DNA from: Promethearchaeota archaeon
GTDB taxonomy: Archaea; Asgardarchaeota; Lokiarchaeia; Sigyniarchaeales; SOKP01
Assembly (NCBI GenBank): GCA_048941015.1
Contig: JBHLNZ010000001.1
Location: forward strand, 64,001 to 128,000
Reading direction: 5' to 3'
DNA length: 64,000 nucleotides
Position 1 is the first letter of the stretch. The number at the start of each line of letters is the position of its first letter. The notes under the pieces were generated by a model. That model was given only the letters and a program-made list of their open reading frames with translations. It was not told the origin of the DNA and searched no databases. This document shows positions 21,316 through 32,098 of this stretch, piece by piece. A program made the position numbers and the translations under genes.

Positions 21316-21777
21316 ATGGACTTAAAAGAAGTAAAAGATACAAGTATAGAATTGATGGAGACCTCTAAAGCGGCTTATTTAACAACTATTGATTCTGATG
21401 GATTTCCAATTACAAGAGCGATGTTCAATCTTAAGAATAAAACTCAATTTCCAGAATTTTCTGATTTTTTCTCAAAAGAAGAAAATAGATTTACCATATA
21501 TATTTCTACAAATACTTCTTCTTCCAAAGTTAATCATATCAAAGAAAATCCTAAAGTTTGTGTTTATTATTGCGATCCAGATGCTTTTAAAGGAGTAATG
21601 TTTGGTGGGATGGTAGAGTTTATAGAAGACATAAATATTAAAAAAACTTTATGGTTAGATTGGTGGACCAAGTATTATAAAGAAGGAGTAAACGACCCAG
21701 ATTATACTTTACTCCGATTAAGACCTAAACAAGGAAGATTTTATCACAAACTAAATCAAGTTGTCTTTGTGCCATGA
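21316..21777 (+). CDS. Pyridoxamine 5'-phosphate oxidase-like FMN-binding protein (general stress protein 26 type)
   Basis: LTTIDSDGFPITRAM, STNTSSSKV, NPKVCVYY, GVNDPDY. Confidence 0.85.
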   Translation: MDLKEVKDTSIELMETSKAAYLTTIDSDGFPITRAMFNLKNKTQFPEFSDFFSKEENRFTIYISTNTSSSKVNHIKENPKVCVYYCDPDAFKGVMFGGMVEFIEDINIKKTLWLDWWTKYYKEGVNDPDYTLLRLRPKQGRFYHKLNQVVFVP

Positions 21778-22235
21778 AAGGAGTAATGAAAGGTCAAAAG
21801 CAGGGAGGTTTTCTAATTTCAAAAATCCATCAACTTTCTCAGCGTATCTTTTCTAGAATTCTAAGAGAAAATGATCTTAATGAATTTAATCCTTCTCAAG
21901 GGAGGATTATGTTTGTATTATGGCAGAAGGACAATATCGCTATTCATGAACTTGTGGAAAAAACTCAGTTGGGAAAATCAACGATAAGTTTTCATTTAGA
22001 TAATCTTGAAAAAGCAGGACATATTAAACGAATATCTTCTAAAAGAGATAAGCGAGAATTCACTATAGTTTTAACTGATAAGAATAAAGGACTCCAAGAG
22101 AAGTATGTAAAAGTTTCGCAGGAAATGACAAAAATATTCTATAATAGATTTACTGACGATGAAATACAGGAATTTGAAGCCTATTTGATAAGACTTTTAG
22201 ATAATTTAATGCAATTCAAAAAGAAGAGCAAGTAA
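21774..22235 (+). CDS. MarR family transcriptional regulator
   Basis: SQGRIMFVLW, KSTISFHLDNLEKAGHIKR, DKRE. Confidence 0.9.
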   Translation: MKGVMKGQKQGGFLISKIHQLSQRIFSRILRENDLNEFNPSQGRIMFVLWQKDNIAIHELVEKTQLGKSTISFHLDNLEKAGHIKRISSKRDKREFTIVLTDKNKGLQEKYVKVSQEMTKIFYNRFTDDEIQEFEAYLIRLLDNLMQFKKKSK

Positions 22236-22257
22236 TTGAATCATGCTCTAAAAAAGA

Positions 22258-22587
22258 TTAATTCTTTATATAATTTGCTTTTATTTTTTTTAGAAAATCT
22301 TTTCTTCTAGGATAAAATATATCTAACATTACAAATGGTTCATTACCTATACATGTGTCGCTGTGAGGAGTATTTAAAGGTATATAGTAAAAATCACCTT
22401 TTTTTACAACTCTTTCTTCATTTCCTATTCGTAATTTCGCTTCTCCAGTATATACCATTCCTAATTGTTCATGTTTATGAGAATGCATAGGTATAGTATG
22501 ATTTGGTAAGGTTGCATTAAGAGTCATCATCATTTTTTCCCCGGATAAACCTGTAAGAATTGTGGTTTCTAATCCTTCCATTTGCAT
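22258..22587 (-). CDS. Cupin domain protein (frame open upstream to ATA at 22641)
   Basis: PMHSHKHEQ and IPLNTPHS cupin motifs, DIFYPRR. Confidence 0.85.
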   Translation of the reverse strand: MQMEGLETTILTGLSGEKMMMTLNATLPNHTIPMHSHKHEQLGMVYTGEAKLRIGNEERVVKKGDFYYIPLNTPHSDTCIGNEPFVMLDIFYPRRKDFLKKIKANYIKN

Positions 22588-22742
22588 AAATTTCTGAGCA
22601 TTTTTAACGTTGATAAAATATCGACTTTTTTTTTGAAGTATTAATATCGTCTCCTTTAATTTTTATTCAATACTATCTAAATAATAACTTAAGATGAATA
22701 GTTATCTTATAATTCAGAAATATTGAAATTATTAAAATTTTC

Positions 22743-23408
22743 GTGAGGTTATTTGATACGCTTAGTTGTTTTGAGCTAATGATTAACATTTTTGGAGTGT
22801 GGATAATTTCAGCGATTATTTACATAATTTTGAAAATTTTTATGAGAAATAAACTACCACCTGGTTCAATAGTTATTTTGAATCCTATTCCCACTGGTTT
22901 TAATAAATTACCTGCTAATAAGTTAACACGTATTATGACTACATTAGGATTAGGTTCAAGCTCATTTTGGTTCATGGTGATTATTTTATCGTGTATTTTT
23001 AACTTTTGGTTTTATATTTCAGATCTTTTTGCTTTTAACCTTCCAACGTGGCTTAATTGGGTTGGTGTCATTGGTATATGGTTCTGTTATGGATGGGGTG
23101 TTTTAGTTATGTATTATAACGTTAACTATAAAGCATTATTTAAACCAATGAAAGGGCAATATATATTAGCAACCGGAGGTCCCTATAGATTTATTCGACA
23201 TCCTATGTATACTGAAAAAATAATTGTTTTAATTTTCCTATTTTTGGCAACTGGAGTTTGGTTAATATTAATAGGACTATTAGGATTCATTTGGCTTCCA
23301 AAACAAGCAAAAGGAGAAGAAATTCTACTGTTAGAGCTGTTTGGAGAGCAATATTTAGATTATATAAATAAAAGTGGACGCTTTTTACCAAAAATTCAAT
23401 CAAAATAA
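22743..23408 (+). CDS. Isoprenylcysteine carboxyl methyltransferase/PEMT family membrane protein
   Basis: GPYRFIRHPMY, EE..L...FGEQY..Y....GRFLP. Confidence 0.85.
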   Translation: MRLFDTLSCFELMINIFGVWIISAIIYIILKIFMRNKLPPGSIVILNPIPTGFNKLPANKLTRIMTTLGLGSSSFWFMVIILSCIFNFWFYISDLFAFNLPTWLNWVGVIGIWFCYGWGVLVMYYNVNYKALFKPMKGQYILATGGPYRFIRHPMYTEKIIVLIFLFLATGVWLILIGLLGFIWLPKQAKGEEILLLELFGEQYLDYINKSGRFLPKIQSK

Positions 23409-23419
23409 AATTTTATAAC

Positions 23420-23869
23420 TTAATTTTTTTTATAGATTCCTATAATTCCTCCTATAAGTATTAAAAAGGGATCAACAAAGATATATGTCATTGATAATTT
23501 GACTGCTGGTAAGGGTATTATAATATCTGATCCTAAATCTAATAAGACTACTGAGCGAATAGGGATAAACATTGAAATAGATGCAATTATACCAACTATA
23601 ACCAGCATAATATTCCCAAAAAGTAAAGATTTCTGTTTTATTTTAATCGCTATTAGTGCAATAATTCCCCACATGAAAGTTAGAAAGACACTTACCCCAT
23701 AAGCATTAAGGTGTCCTGAACTTATGACATACTCGCGAAAAGCTATTATAATTTGGCTGTTGTTGGGCAAGAGACCTTCCAAAAAGCCCCAAAAGATTAT
23801 AGCAATAATCCCAGTAATGAATAGTAAGCTTCCACCTATATAACCTAAGGTAGATCCAATGCTTTTCAA
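23420..23869 (-). CDS. Hypothetical membrane protein
   Basis: About 4 TM segments. Confidence 0.65.
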   Translation of the reverse strand: MKSIGSTLGYIGGSLLFITGIIAIIFWGFLEGLLPNNSQIIIAFREYVISSGHLNAYGVSVFLTFMWGIIALIAIKIKQKSLLFGNIMLVIVGIIASISMFIPIRSVVLLDLGSDIIIPLPAVKLSMTYIFVDPFLILIGGIIGIYKKN

Positions 23870-24019
23870 TTTTTTATCACTCTCAGAGGGATTTCATTAT
23901 CTTAACTTAATTTAATATATGTAGTGTTTACTAATAATTAAACTTAAATATATATGAGTAATCTTTAATACTTGATAATCCTATGGACATAAAAAAAAGT
24001 TAAATTTAAACAGTTAAAT

Positions 24020-24325
24020 ATGCCAGATTGCTTAAAATGTGGATTAAGTCTTACAGATGACGAATTTGAGAATTTTGAAGGTTATTGCCCAAGCTGTAAT
24101 GAGAAAGAAGATAAAGACATTACTTACAAATCTTTTTATATTTTGTTATTAGGGATATTTGGGTTAATTTCGATAATTACAACAGCATTCCAAATAATTT
24201 GGACTCTAATTTTAAATTTTGATATCATAAGCAGCGTTCTTTTATATCTGATCCCACCAAGTATCTTTTTAATTCTTTCAATAATACTCTCTACTTATTG
24301 TTTTAAACGATTAAAACGTCTTTAA
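24020..24325 (+). CDS. Zinc-ribbon plus two-TM protein
   Basis: CLKC...CPSC followed by two hydrophobic helices. Confidence 0.7.
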   Translation: MPDCLKCGLSLTDDEFENFEGYCPSCNEKEDKDITYKSFYILLLGIFGLISIITTAFQIIWTLILNFDIISSVLLYLIPPSIFLILSIILSTYCFKRLKRL

Positions 24326-24357
24326 GTAAATTTTCTTCATATTTTTCCTAAATTAAA

Positions 24358-24846
24358 TTATCCTTCCGCTTTTTCTTCTTTTCCCGTAATTTCATTGATG
24401 TCTAATCTTAGCATTCCTGAGTTTTCATAAGCGCCTTCTTTTTTTAAGAATTTTTTTTTTATGCCATCAGGATTTTTTTCTAAATGGTTTATTAAGATAT
24501 CAAACCCAGATTTTTTTTCTTGTAATTCTTCTACAATAACCATTTTTCCTCTAAAAATGACTGAACGAAACGTTTGACCGCATCCTTCTTGATAACCATT
24601 TTCTTCGATAACGGTACCACAAACAAAAGGATTTGCTTTTATAAAATCAATTTTTTGTCCTTCTTTCGCGCAGTGAAAATAAAGACATTTTTTAGAATCG
24701 TCATATCCATAGCTTAAAGTTACGAGATACGGCTCATCTTTTTTACACATGGATATTGTTGCATATTTTCCGGCTTTTAGAATTTCAATTTTCTCTTCTT
24801 CATCAGAAATCTGTTTTTCAATCCTTCTCATATGATATTTTGCCAT
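24358..24846 (-). CDS. Pyridoxamine 5'-phosphate oxidase/NimA-like flavin-binding protein
   Basis: MRR, PYLVTLSYGY, LYFHCAKEGQK, SVIFRG, ITGK. Confidence 0.85.
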   Translation of the reverse strand: MAKYHMRRIEKQISDEEEKIEILKAGKYATISMCKKDEPYLVTLSYGYDDSKKCLYFHCAKEGQKIDFIKANPFVCGTVIEENGYQEGCGQTFRSVIFRGKMVIVEELQEKKSGFDILINHLEKNPDGIKKKFLKKEGAYENSGMLRLDINEITGKEEKAEG

Positions 24847-25053
24847 ATTAATACTACCTAAGCAAAATTTTTATTTATAATTTTTAAATTTCTGACAAAT
24901 TATAAAGTTCTGGATAAGCAGTAATATTTTAAAATAAAAATTAAAATAATACTTTTAAGATGATCTATTGAAGAATTATTTTTCTATGTGATTTTAACAT
25001 TAATTTTTTATAACTTAATTTTCTTCTAATTCAAAAAGGATATTTCTAAAATT

Positions 25054-25407
25054 ATGGATAGAAATAAAGATTACTATAAAATCCTTGGAATTGAAAAAGA
25101 TGCTTCTGAAGCGGAAATCAAATTAGCATATCGAAAGTTAGCAAAAAAGTATCATCCAGATTTAAATAAAAATGATCCAAAAGCTAAAGATAAATTCATA
25201 GAATTAAAAGAAGCATATGATACTTTAATAGATCCTTTGAAACGTAGAATCTATGATCAAGCAGGTTATAATCCTCGCAATATTGATATGGCCGATCTTT
25301 TTGGGAGATATAATTTTAGAAATATAAGGGAAATTTTGGCAGAGATTTTCGCTAAAAATTACAGAAATGTATCGTCCAAGCCCCCTCCCGAGGGTATGTA
25401 TATCTGA
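25054..25407 (+). CDS. Stand-alone J-domain protein
   Basis: [25 protein letters not shown]; no zinc finger or substrate-binding domain. Confidence 0.9.
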   Translation: MDRNKDYYKILGIEKDASEAEIKLAYRKLAKKYHPDLNKNDPKAKDKFIELKEAYDTLIDPLKRRIYDQAGYNPRNIDMADLFGRYNFRNIREILAEIFAKNYRNVSSKPPPEGMYI

Positions 25408-25582
25408 TTTGAATTTATTTTTCCAAAGTGTTTGAGATATTATTATTTATTTACTTCAATCGAGATTCATACTTCATGGTTAGTTCATAATTTTAATCTA
25501 TAAATACTTTCAAAAAATGATTATATGTAGAGCATCCTTTTAATTAAATTTTGAATCCTTAAAACAAATCGGATAAAGTAAT

Positions 25583-26473
25583 ATGAAAACTAAAATTTTA
25601 TTTAGAACTTTCTTAATAATGTTTGTTTTCTCAGTAATTTTACCATTCAGTTTTGAATTTTCAACATCTCAAGAGTATGATGATTTACAAGGAATCGATG
25701 TTGCTATCTATAATGATTCAGGAACGGAAAGTCTACCTGAAAGTTATACTGCGCTAAGAAGTATGTTTGAATGGATGAATGCTTCAGTTGATTATATTTC
25801 TGTTGATCAGATTCAAGATGGAGACTTAAAAAATTATGATTTTTTATGTATGCCTGGAGGAGACCCTTATGATTATTATTATTCCCTTGAGAGCAAAGGA
25901 AAAAATAATATTCGTAATTTTATAAGATTTGGAGGCTGCTACTTTGGAATCTGTGGAGGATCTATATTTGGTACAGAAAACTTCTTAAATATTTTTAAAG
26001 GAAGACTAACTTCTCCTATTCCTGAGATTGGCCCAGGTATTAAAATGCATAATATGACAATAAATAGAAACTCAGAAGGACCAGATCTTTCTAATCAACC
26101 TGAGAACTGCACTACATTATACTGGAGTTCTGGATACTTTATAGCTACTGATATGTCTAAAATAATTCCCATAACATTTTATCCCGGAAGTGATGAATCA
26201 GGAATGATCGCATTTAAATATGGGAGTGGAGCAGTTTTTTTAAGTAGTCCTCATCCAGAATTTGAAGAAAACGACAATAGAGATAGTACTACTATATTTG
26301 ACTCTTATGATGATCCCGATTCTGAATGGGATTTATTATTGCAGGTTTCAATATGGCTTGTAAATACGTCTTGGGATATGAGACCTCTTATTTGGCTTAG
26401 TATTATCGTTGGAATAGTTGGAATTGGAGTAGTCATTACTTTAACCATTTACTTACAAAAAAGAAAAAATTAA
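25583..26473 (+). CDS. BPL-N (class I glutamine amidotransferase-like) domain protein with signal peptide and C-terminal TM anchor
   Basis: MPGG, YFGICGG (nucleophile Cys), SPHPE; hydrophobic N- and C-termini. Confidence 0.8.
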   Translation: MKTKILFRTFLIMFVFSVILPFSFEFSTSQEYDDLQGIDVAIYNDSGTESLPESYTALRSMFEWMNASVDYISVDQIQDGDLKNYDFLCMPGGDPYDYYYSLESKGKNNIRNFIRFGGCYFGICGGSIFGTENFLNIFKGRLTSPIPEIGPGIKMHNMTINRNSEGPDLSNQPENCTTLYWSSGYFIATDMSKIIPITFYPGSDESGMIAFKYGSGAVFLSSPHPEFEENDNRDSTTIFDSYDDPDSEWDLLLQVSIWLVNTSWDMRPLIWLSIIVGIVGIGVVITLTIYLQKRKN

Positions 26474-26510
26474 ACAATAATAAAATAAAAATAAGAAAGT
26501 AATTAACTAT

Positions 26511-27941
26511 TTATCCAGTTACCCTTGATTTCTTTTCTTGATGAATTTCCTCTAATTTCTCTTTTATTATATCTAGTTGTTCCTTATCTAAAGGAAATTT
26601 ATACATCATCAAGATAATAATTGCTAATGCTATCGCTGGAAAAACAAAGGCTAAAATTCTTAATCCTAAAATTACTGCTTCTGTTGTACCTAAAATTGGG
26701 TCAAAATCGCCCCAACCGGCATAGCTAAAAACGAGACTTATTGAAAAATACACGAAAATATTCGTTATCCTTAGAAAGAAGATGTAAAATCCAAAAAAGC
26801 TTGCCTCACGTCGCGTACCATGTATAACCTCATCTTCATCAATAATATCTGATAAGGTTATATCGGGGAAATATAATCCTCCTGCAATTCCTACTCCTAC
26901 AAATATAAATGCAATTAATCCGAACCATCGTTCTTGAAGAAATAGGAATGGTATAAGTGATATAAGCCAAAGGAGCGAAGATAGCATCCAACCTTTTCTT
27001 AATCCTATTTTTTTTGTTAGCGGTTTCCATAGTATAGTAATAAAAATAGCTGCAGAGATAAAGGATAAACCAAGCATTAAAGATAAAAATAAAGTTTCCC
27101 CTTCTCCAATATCAAGTACAAATTTTCCGTATAAAGGAACAATTGTCGTAAGCATCAAATTAACATACATATTTGCCATAACTGCAGGTATAAACCAACG
27201 AAAAGATTTATTTTTAAGACATAGTTTAAATGATTGTACGAAATTTGGCATCGTCTGATATTCTTGTTGAAATTCTAATCTCTCTTTTGGTGAAAACTTA
27301 AGAAATATAATTCCTACAATGATAATTATTATTGTAATAGTGATTCCAAATATCTGATACTGAGGTAATGACTCTTCAGCTGAATAATCAGATATAAATA
27401 AACCCGGTAATACGTAAGCAAAAATCAATCCAAGTATAGCAAAAACTTGCCTTACATTGTTTGCTTTCATTCTGTCTTCTTTAGTTATGAAAAGTTCAGG
27501 AAATAGTGATGTGAGATTAATATCATAAATAGTATAGCATAGTTCGAATATTAAAATAATAACAATAAAATAAACAAAATTTCCAGATTCATTAGCTAAT
27601 CCAAAAGCACGAGGGGGTGAGAATAAGAAAAACATTGCTAAAGCTAATGGTACTAAACCAATCATGATATAAGGACGTCTTCGGCCCCATTTTGTATGAG
27701 TTTTATCTGAGATATATCCTATAAGTGGATCATTGAAGGCGTTCCAAATTGACCAGAGTAGAAATCCAATTGAAATTAAATTAACATTAATTCTTATAAC
27801 AGCATAATAAAATGTGAAGACAAGAAATGAAAAACTTTGATTTGCAGTAATTAGAGAAACTTGCCCGAAACTATATCCCGCGGCATTTGTAAATGTATAC
27901 CCTTCTTTTCTTGAGTTTTTATTTTTACTCATCTTAATCAA
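26511..27941 (-). CDS. MFS transporter, GPH/MelB family
   Basis: WNAFNDPLIG, GRRRPY, DIIDEDE..HGTRRE. Confidence 0.9.
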   Translation of the reverse strand: MIKMSKNKNSRKEGYTFTNAAGYSFGQVSLITANQSFSFLVFTFYYAVIRINVNLISIGFLLWSIWNAFNDPLIGYISDKTHTKWGRRRPYIMIGLVPLALAMFFLFSPPRAFGLANESGNFVYFIVIILIFELCYTIYDINLTSLFPELFITKEDRMKANNVRQVFAILGLIFAYVLPGLFISDYSAEESLPQYQIFGITITIIIIIVGIIFLKFSPKERLEFQQEYQTMPNFVQSFKLCLKNKSFRWFIPAVMANMYVNLMLTTIVPLYGKFVLDIGEGETLFLSLMLGLSFISAAIFITILWKPLTKKIGLRKGWMLSSLLWLISLIPFLFLQERWFGLIAFIFVGVGIAGGLYFPDITLSDIIDEDEVIHGTRREASFFGFYIFFLRITNIFVYFSISLVFSYAGWGDFDPILGTTEAVILGLRILAFVFPAIALAIIILMMYKFPLDKEQLDIIKEKLEEIHQEKKSRVTG

Positions 27942-28113
27942 TTTTTTTAAATTTAAGATATAAATGAAAAATTTATTCCTAAATATAAATTTATAATAAA
28001 AAGTAAAACGATTAACAATAAATAATTATAAAATAGTTTAAGAAGGATAATCAACTTTTAATTTTAGATTAGGGAATATCATAAGGTTTAAACATAAAAA
28101 TAATTTAAAGGTT

Positions 28114-29355
28114 TTGAGAGATCAAACTTTGAGTGGTAAAGATAATAATAGGAGGTTTTTCAAATATCGAACTCTAATGCCTTTATGGATTGCCGTCTTT
28201 ATTGACATTATAGGCTTCTCTATGATTTTACCAATGGCACCTTATATCGCTGACGATTTCAATATAGAATATTTTCTAATGGGGATAGTACTCTCTGTAA
28301 ATGCTATATTTTCATTTATTTTTGGACCAGTATTAGGAAAGTTAAGTGATAAGTATGGGAGAAAACCTTTACTTTTAATTTCGCAGGCAGGCACCTTTTC
28401 AGGATTTTTAATGTTAGCTTTTTCTAATTCAATTTGGATGATTATTATATCACGCATAGTCGATGGCGTTTTTGGTGGCAATTTTCCGATTGCAAAAGCA
28501 ATTATTGGTGACGAGGTACCACCTAAAGACAGGAGTATTCAAATGGCAAATGTAGGCGTTGCACATGTATTAGCTTCTCTTTTTGGACCGGCCTTAGGGG
28601 GAATTCTCTACGATATTGGTGGAATTCTACTCCCTGGTTTATTTGCTGCTGGCTTATCTGTTTTTACTATGATAATTACAATTTTTATATTAGAAGAAAC
28701 TTGGCCTAAATCGAAACGTCAACAACCTCATATAATGAAAACAAAGATTATAATTAAAATTCGTAAAAATAAAGGTGCTATGTTTTACTTAACGTTATTT
28801 GGGTTCCATAGTGCTTCATTCATGGTTGCAATGTCATCATTAGCACTTTTTGCTAAAATTGTATTTGGAATGGAATCTTCTGAAATTGGGATGTTATTAA
28901 TGATTTCTGGAATATTTCGAGCCACAATAAGATTTACTCTTTTTAAACCTGCTATAAATAAATTAGGAGAAAATAATGCTATATTACTTGGTTTAGGTAT
29001 GTTTTTAGTCTCATTTCTAATTGTAGGCTTTTCTTTTTCAGTAATTATGTTTTTTATCTTAATATTAATTATTAGTTTTGCTGCCTCTTTAACACGCGGT
29101 CCATTAAATAGTAAAATTAGTCAATCTGTATCACCAAGAGAACAGGGTAAGATTAATGGCTATTCATCTGGATTAGATAGTTTCTCTCAAATTATAGGAC
29201 CTTTAATTGGTTATTTTATGCTTAGCTTTTTTGCTCCTTACTTCTTAAGCTTTGTAATTGGTACAATCGCCTTAGTACCTTTTCTAATGGGATTTAAAAA
29301 AATAGAAAAGAAAAAGAGCAGAATAACAAATCGAGAATTAACTTTCGAAATGTAA
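28114..29355 (+). CDS. MFS transporter, TetA/DHA1-like
   Basis: FIDIIGF, GKLSDKYGRKP (motif A), GPALGG. Confidence 0.9.
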   Translation: MRDQTLSGKDNNRRFFKYRTLMPLWIAVFIDIIGFSMILPMAPYIADDFNIEYFLMGIVLSVNAIFSFIFGPVLGKLSDKYGRKPLLLISQAGTFSGFLMLAFSNSIWMIIISRIVDGVFGGNFPIAKAIIGDEVPPKDRSIQMANVGVAHVLASLFGPALGGILYDIGGILLPGLFAAGLSVFTMIITIFILEETWPKSKRQQPHIMKTKIIIKIRKNKGAMFYLTLFGFHSASFMVAMSSLALFAKIVFGMESSEIGMLLMISGIFRATIRFTLFKPAINKLGENNAILLGLGMFLVSFLIVGFSFSVIMFFILILIISFAASLTRGPLNSKISQSVSPREQGKINGYSSGLDSFSQIIGPLIGYFMLSFFAPYFLSFVIGTIALVPFLMGFKKIEKKKSRITNRELTFEM

Positions 29356-29422
29356 TGCTCGACCACCAGATGAGATAGTTTCAAATAAATAACAGAGGTT
29401 AACTTTTTCAAAATCTTTATTT

Positions 29423-30274
29423 TTAACACTTTAAGAATTCAAGAATAAGTTGATTTACTTCAGGAGCAGATTCTAAAGTAAACCAATGTCCTCCTATGAT
29501 AATTTTTAACTTACTATTAGGAATTCTTTGATGCATAGCTTGACCTGAAATTAATGGAGCAAGCCTATCTTTTTCACCGACAAGAATTAATGTTTGATTT
29601 TTTATTTTATGAAGATGTTCTAAAGTATTATGATTTATAATAGAATGAATTAAATTCATAATATCTTGCGATTTGGATGTCCCTTTAGTATTTTCAAACC
29701 GCATTAATTCTTCAGTCGTGAAAAGATTATGAAATTTTTCCTTCGGATTTTCAACCATTTTCTTATAGAATCCTCTTGTAAACCTCTGTTTAACTTTATC
29801 ATAAAATGCTTTTGTTGGGTCCTTCACTTTTGCTTCATAATTTGCGAGTTGACTATTTTTGTACATTTCAAAACCCGACTTATCTAAAGGCAACTTTGCA
29901 AATGTTCCTAATAAAACAAGTTTATTCAAACGTTCTGGATGTTTGATCGCAAATCTTTGAGCAATCATTCCACCCAATGAATGACCTCCAATATGAGCTT
30001 TTTCGATCTCTAAGTAATCCATTAAGCTATTCACATCATCTGCCATATCCTCAATATTATACGGTTCACTAAGATGATCTGAAGCACCGCATCCGCGATT
30101 ATCAATTATTATTACCTTGAAATGCTCTGATAGTGGATTGATTTGTCCAATCCAATATTCTTTATACATAGCAAATCCATGTAAAAGGATTAAAGTTTCA
30201 CCTTTACCATGGATTTCATAACATATTTTAATTCCATTAACTTCTGCAAACAATTCACTCATAATAATAAGCAA
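29423..30274 (-). CDS. Alpha/beta hydrolase (tandem copy 5; likely start ATG 30262)
   Basis: HGF, DNRGCG, GHSLGG, GEKD, GGH. Confidence 0.9.
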   Translation of the reverse strand: MLIIMSELFAEVNGIKICYEIHGKGETLILLHGFAMYKEYWIGQINPLSEHFKVIIIDNRGCGASDHLSEPYNIEDMADDVNSLMDYLEIEKAHIGGHSLGGMIAQRFAIKHPERLNKLVLLGTFAKLPLDKSGFEMYKNSQLANYEAKVKDPTKAFYDKVKQRFTRGFYKKMVENPKEKFHNLFTTEELMRFENTKGTSKSQDIMNLIHSIINHNTLEHLHKIKNQTLILVGEKDRLAPLISGQAMHQRIPNSKLKIIIGGHWFTLESAPEVNQLILEFLKC

Positions 30275-30302
30275 TTAAATTCAGTTAAAATATAATATAA
30301 AC

Positions 30303-31151
30303 TTAAGATTGTAAAAAATCAACAATATATTTATTTATCTCTGGAGCTCTTTCTATTGGTGATCCATGACCAGCTTTCTCAATAATTATTAATTTACTAT
30401 TTCGTATTTTTTCATGTATTAATTCATTCATAGATTGAGGTGTTGAACGATCATGACTACCACAGAGAATTAGAGTCTTGTTCTTAATATGTGGTAACTG
30501 TTCAAGAACATTATAAGTTCCTAACGCATGAGTGTAATTTTCTATATCTTGAACTGTTATAGGGTTTACTTTATCTTTTTCAATTAAATCTTCTGCTGAA
30601 AAAAGTCCATGAATCTTTTCTTTTGGTTTTTCCAATAATAATTTCTTAAATTTTCTTGAAAACCCTGGGGTAGCAGAATCGTAAAACGCTTTTACTGGAT
30701 CATCCTTTACTGCTTTTAAAGCATCAATCTTACTTTGCTTGTACATATGCAGTCCAGTTTCTTCACCAGGCCAATAAGGAAGTGTATTTATTAACACTAA
30801 TTCATTTACTTTTTCAGGATAATTTAAGGTGAATACTTGGGCAATCATTCCGCCAACTGACCAACCAACTATATGTGCTTGCTCAATTTCTAAGCTATCC
30901 ATCAATGCTTTAAGATCATCAGCAAACAATTTCATTGTGTATGGTTCATCTGGATGATCAGATTTACCTGCTCCTCTATTATCATACCTTATTACTTTAA
31001 AATCTTCAGATAAAGGAATAAATTGTCCAATCCATTCTTCTTTAGTGACTCCAAATCCATGAATAAGAATTAAAGGATATCCCTCACCACGAATTTCATA
31101 ACAAATTCTAATTCCATTTGCTAAAATATATTTTTCACTCATAAATATCAC
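30303..31151 (-). CDS. Alpha/beta hydrolase (tandem copy 4; likely start ATG 31142)
   Basis: HGF, DNRGAG, GWSVGG, GSHD, AGH. Confidence 0.9.
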   Translation of the reverse strand: MIFMSEKYILANGIRICYEIRGEGYPLILIHGFGVTKEEWIGQFIPLSEDFKVIRYDNRGAGKSDHPDEPYTMKLFADDLKALMDSLEIEQAHIVGWSVGGMIAQVFTLNYPEKVNELVLINTLPYWPGEETGLHMYKQSKIDALKAVKDDPVKAFYDSATPGFSRKFKKLLLEKPKEKIHGLFSAEDLIEKDKVNPITVQDIENYTHALGTYNVLEQLPHIKNKTLILCGSHDRSTPQSMNELIHEKIRNSKLIIIEKAGHGSPIERAPEINKYIVDFLQS

Positions 31152-31155
31152 GTAT

Positions 31156-31989
31156 TTACTTTAAAAACTCAATTATAGTGTTATTCACTTCTGAAGCTCT
31201 TGATAATGGCGAGTTATGACCTGCTTTTTCGATCATTTTTAATCTACTATTTGGAATTGCTTCATGCATCTGAATCATAGTATTGCTAGAAGTTAATCTA
31301 TCATGAGATGATGCTATTAATAGTGTTGGAGTTTTTAATGTTTTCAGATCATCATAAGTGAATGTCTGAATTAAAGCAGCAGATTGATAGGTTATATCTT
31401 GTGGTGTTGGAGGGCTAAAATTTTGGAATTCTATTAGATCATCAACTGACCAGAGACCGTAAAATTTTTTCTTAGGATTAGCTTTCATTTCTTTTCTAAA
31501 TTTGAAATAAAAGCCTAGACGTGCATCATCCCAAAAACATTTAACCGGATCTTTCTTTCTGTCTTCTAGTTCTTTTATATGATTGTTCTTTATCAAATCA
31601 ATACCTTGTTTATCCGGAGCTCCAAGTACAGTATTAATTAACACTAATTTCTTTAACCGCTCTGGATATTTTAAGGCAAATTTTTGTACTATTATGCCTC
31701 CCATCGACCAACCTATAACGTGAGCTTTAGTAATACTTAAATAATCCATCAAGCCTCTAACATCATCAGCAAGCATTTCCATAGTATTTGGTTGTTTAGG
31801 TCTGTCTGATTCCCCACCATTTCTGTTATCAAATCTTATTACTTTAAAATGCTCAGATAGCGAATTCCATTGGGCTATCCATCCCTCTTTATTACCTCCA
31901 AAACCATGTACTAGAATTACAGGCTCCCCTTCACCTTTAATTTCATAACATAATTTTATCCCATTTACGTTAGCATATTCTTTGACCAT
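31156..31989 (-). CDS. Alpha/beta hydrolase (tandem copy 3)
   Basis: HGF, DNRNGG, GWSMGG, SSHD, AGH. Confidence 0.9.
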   Translation of the reverse strand: MVKEYANVNGIKLCYEIKGEGEPVILVHGFGGNKEGWIAQWNSLSEHFKVIRFDNRNGGESDRPKQPNTMEMLADDVRGLMDYLSITKAHVIGWSMGGIIVQKFALKYPERLKKLVLINTVLGAPDKQGIDLIKNNHIKELEDRKKDPVKCFWDDARLGFYFKFRKEMKANPKKKFYGLWSVDDLIEFQNFSPPTPQDITYQSAALIQTFTYDDLKTLKTPTLLIASSHDRLTSSNTMIQMHEAIPNSRLKMIEKAGHNSPLSRASEVNNTIIEFLK

Positions 31990-32098
31990 GATTAATTCTC
32001 CTATTAATCAGATTATTAAACCTACAAATATTTCTTACAATTAAAAATTTAGTTTATGGTTAAAGACCTAATAATCTTATTTAAAATAGAGTTCTTTA

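Noticed and set aside
22743-23408. ICMT-like gene as evidence of GTPase prenylation
   Set aside because: The family is widespread in prokaryotes, and the GTPases here have no CaaX ends.
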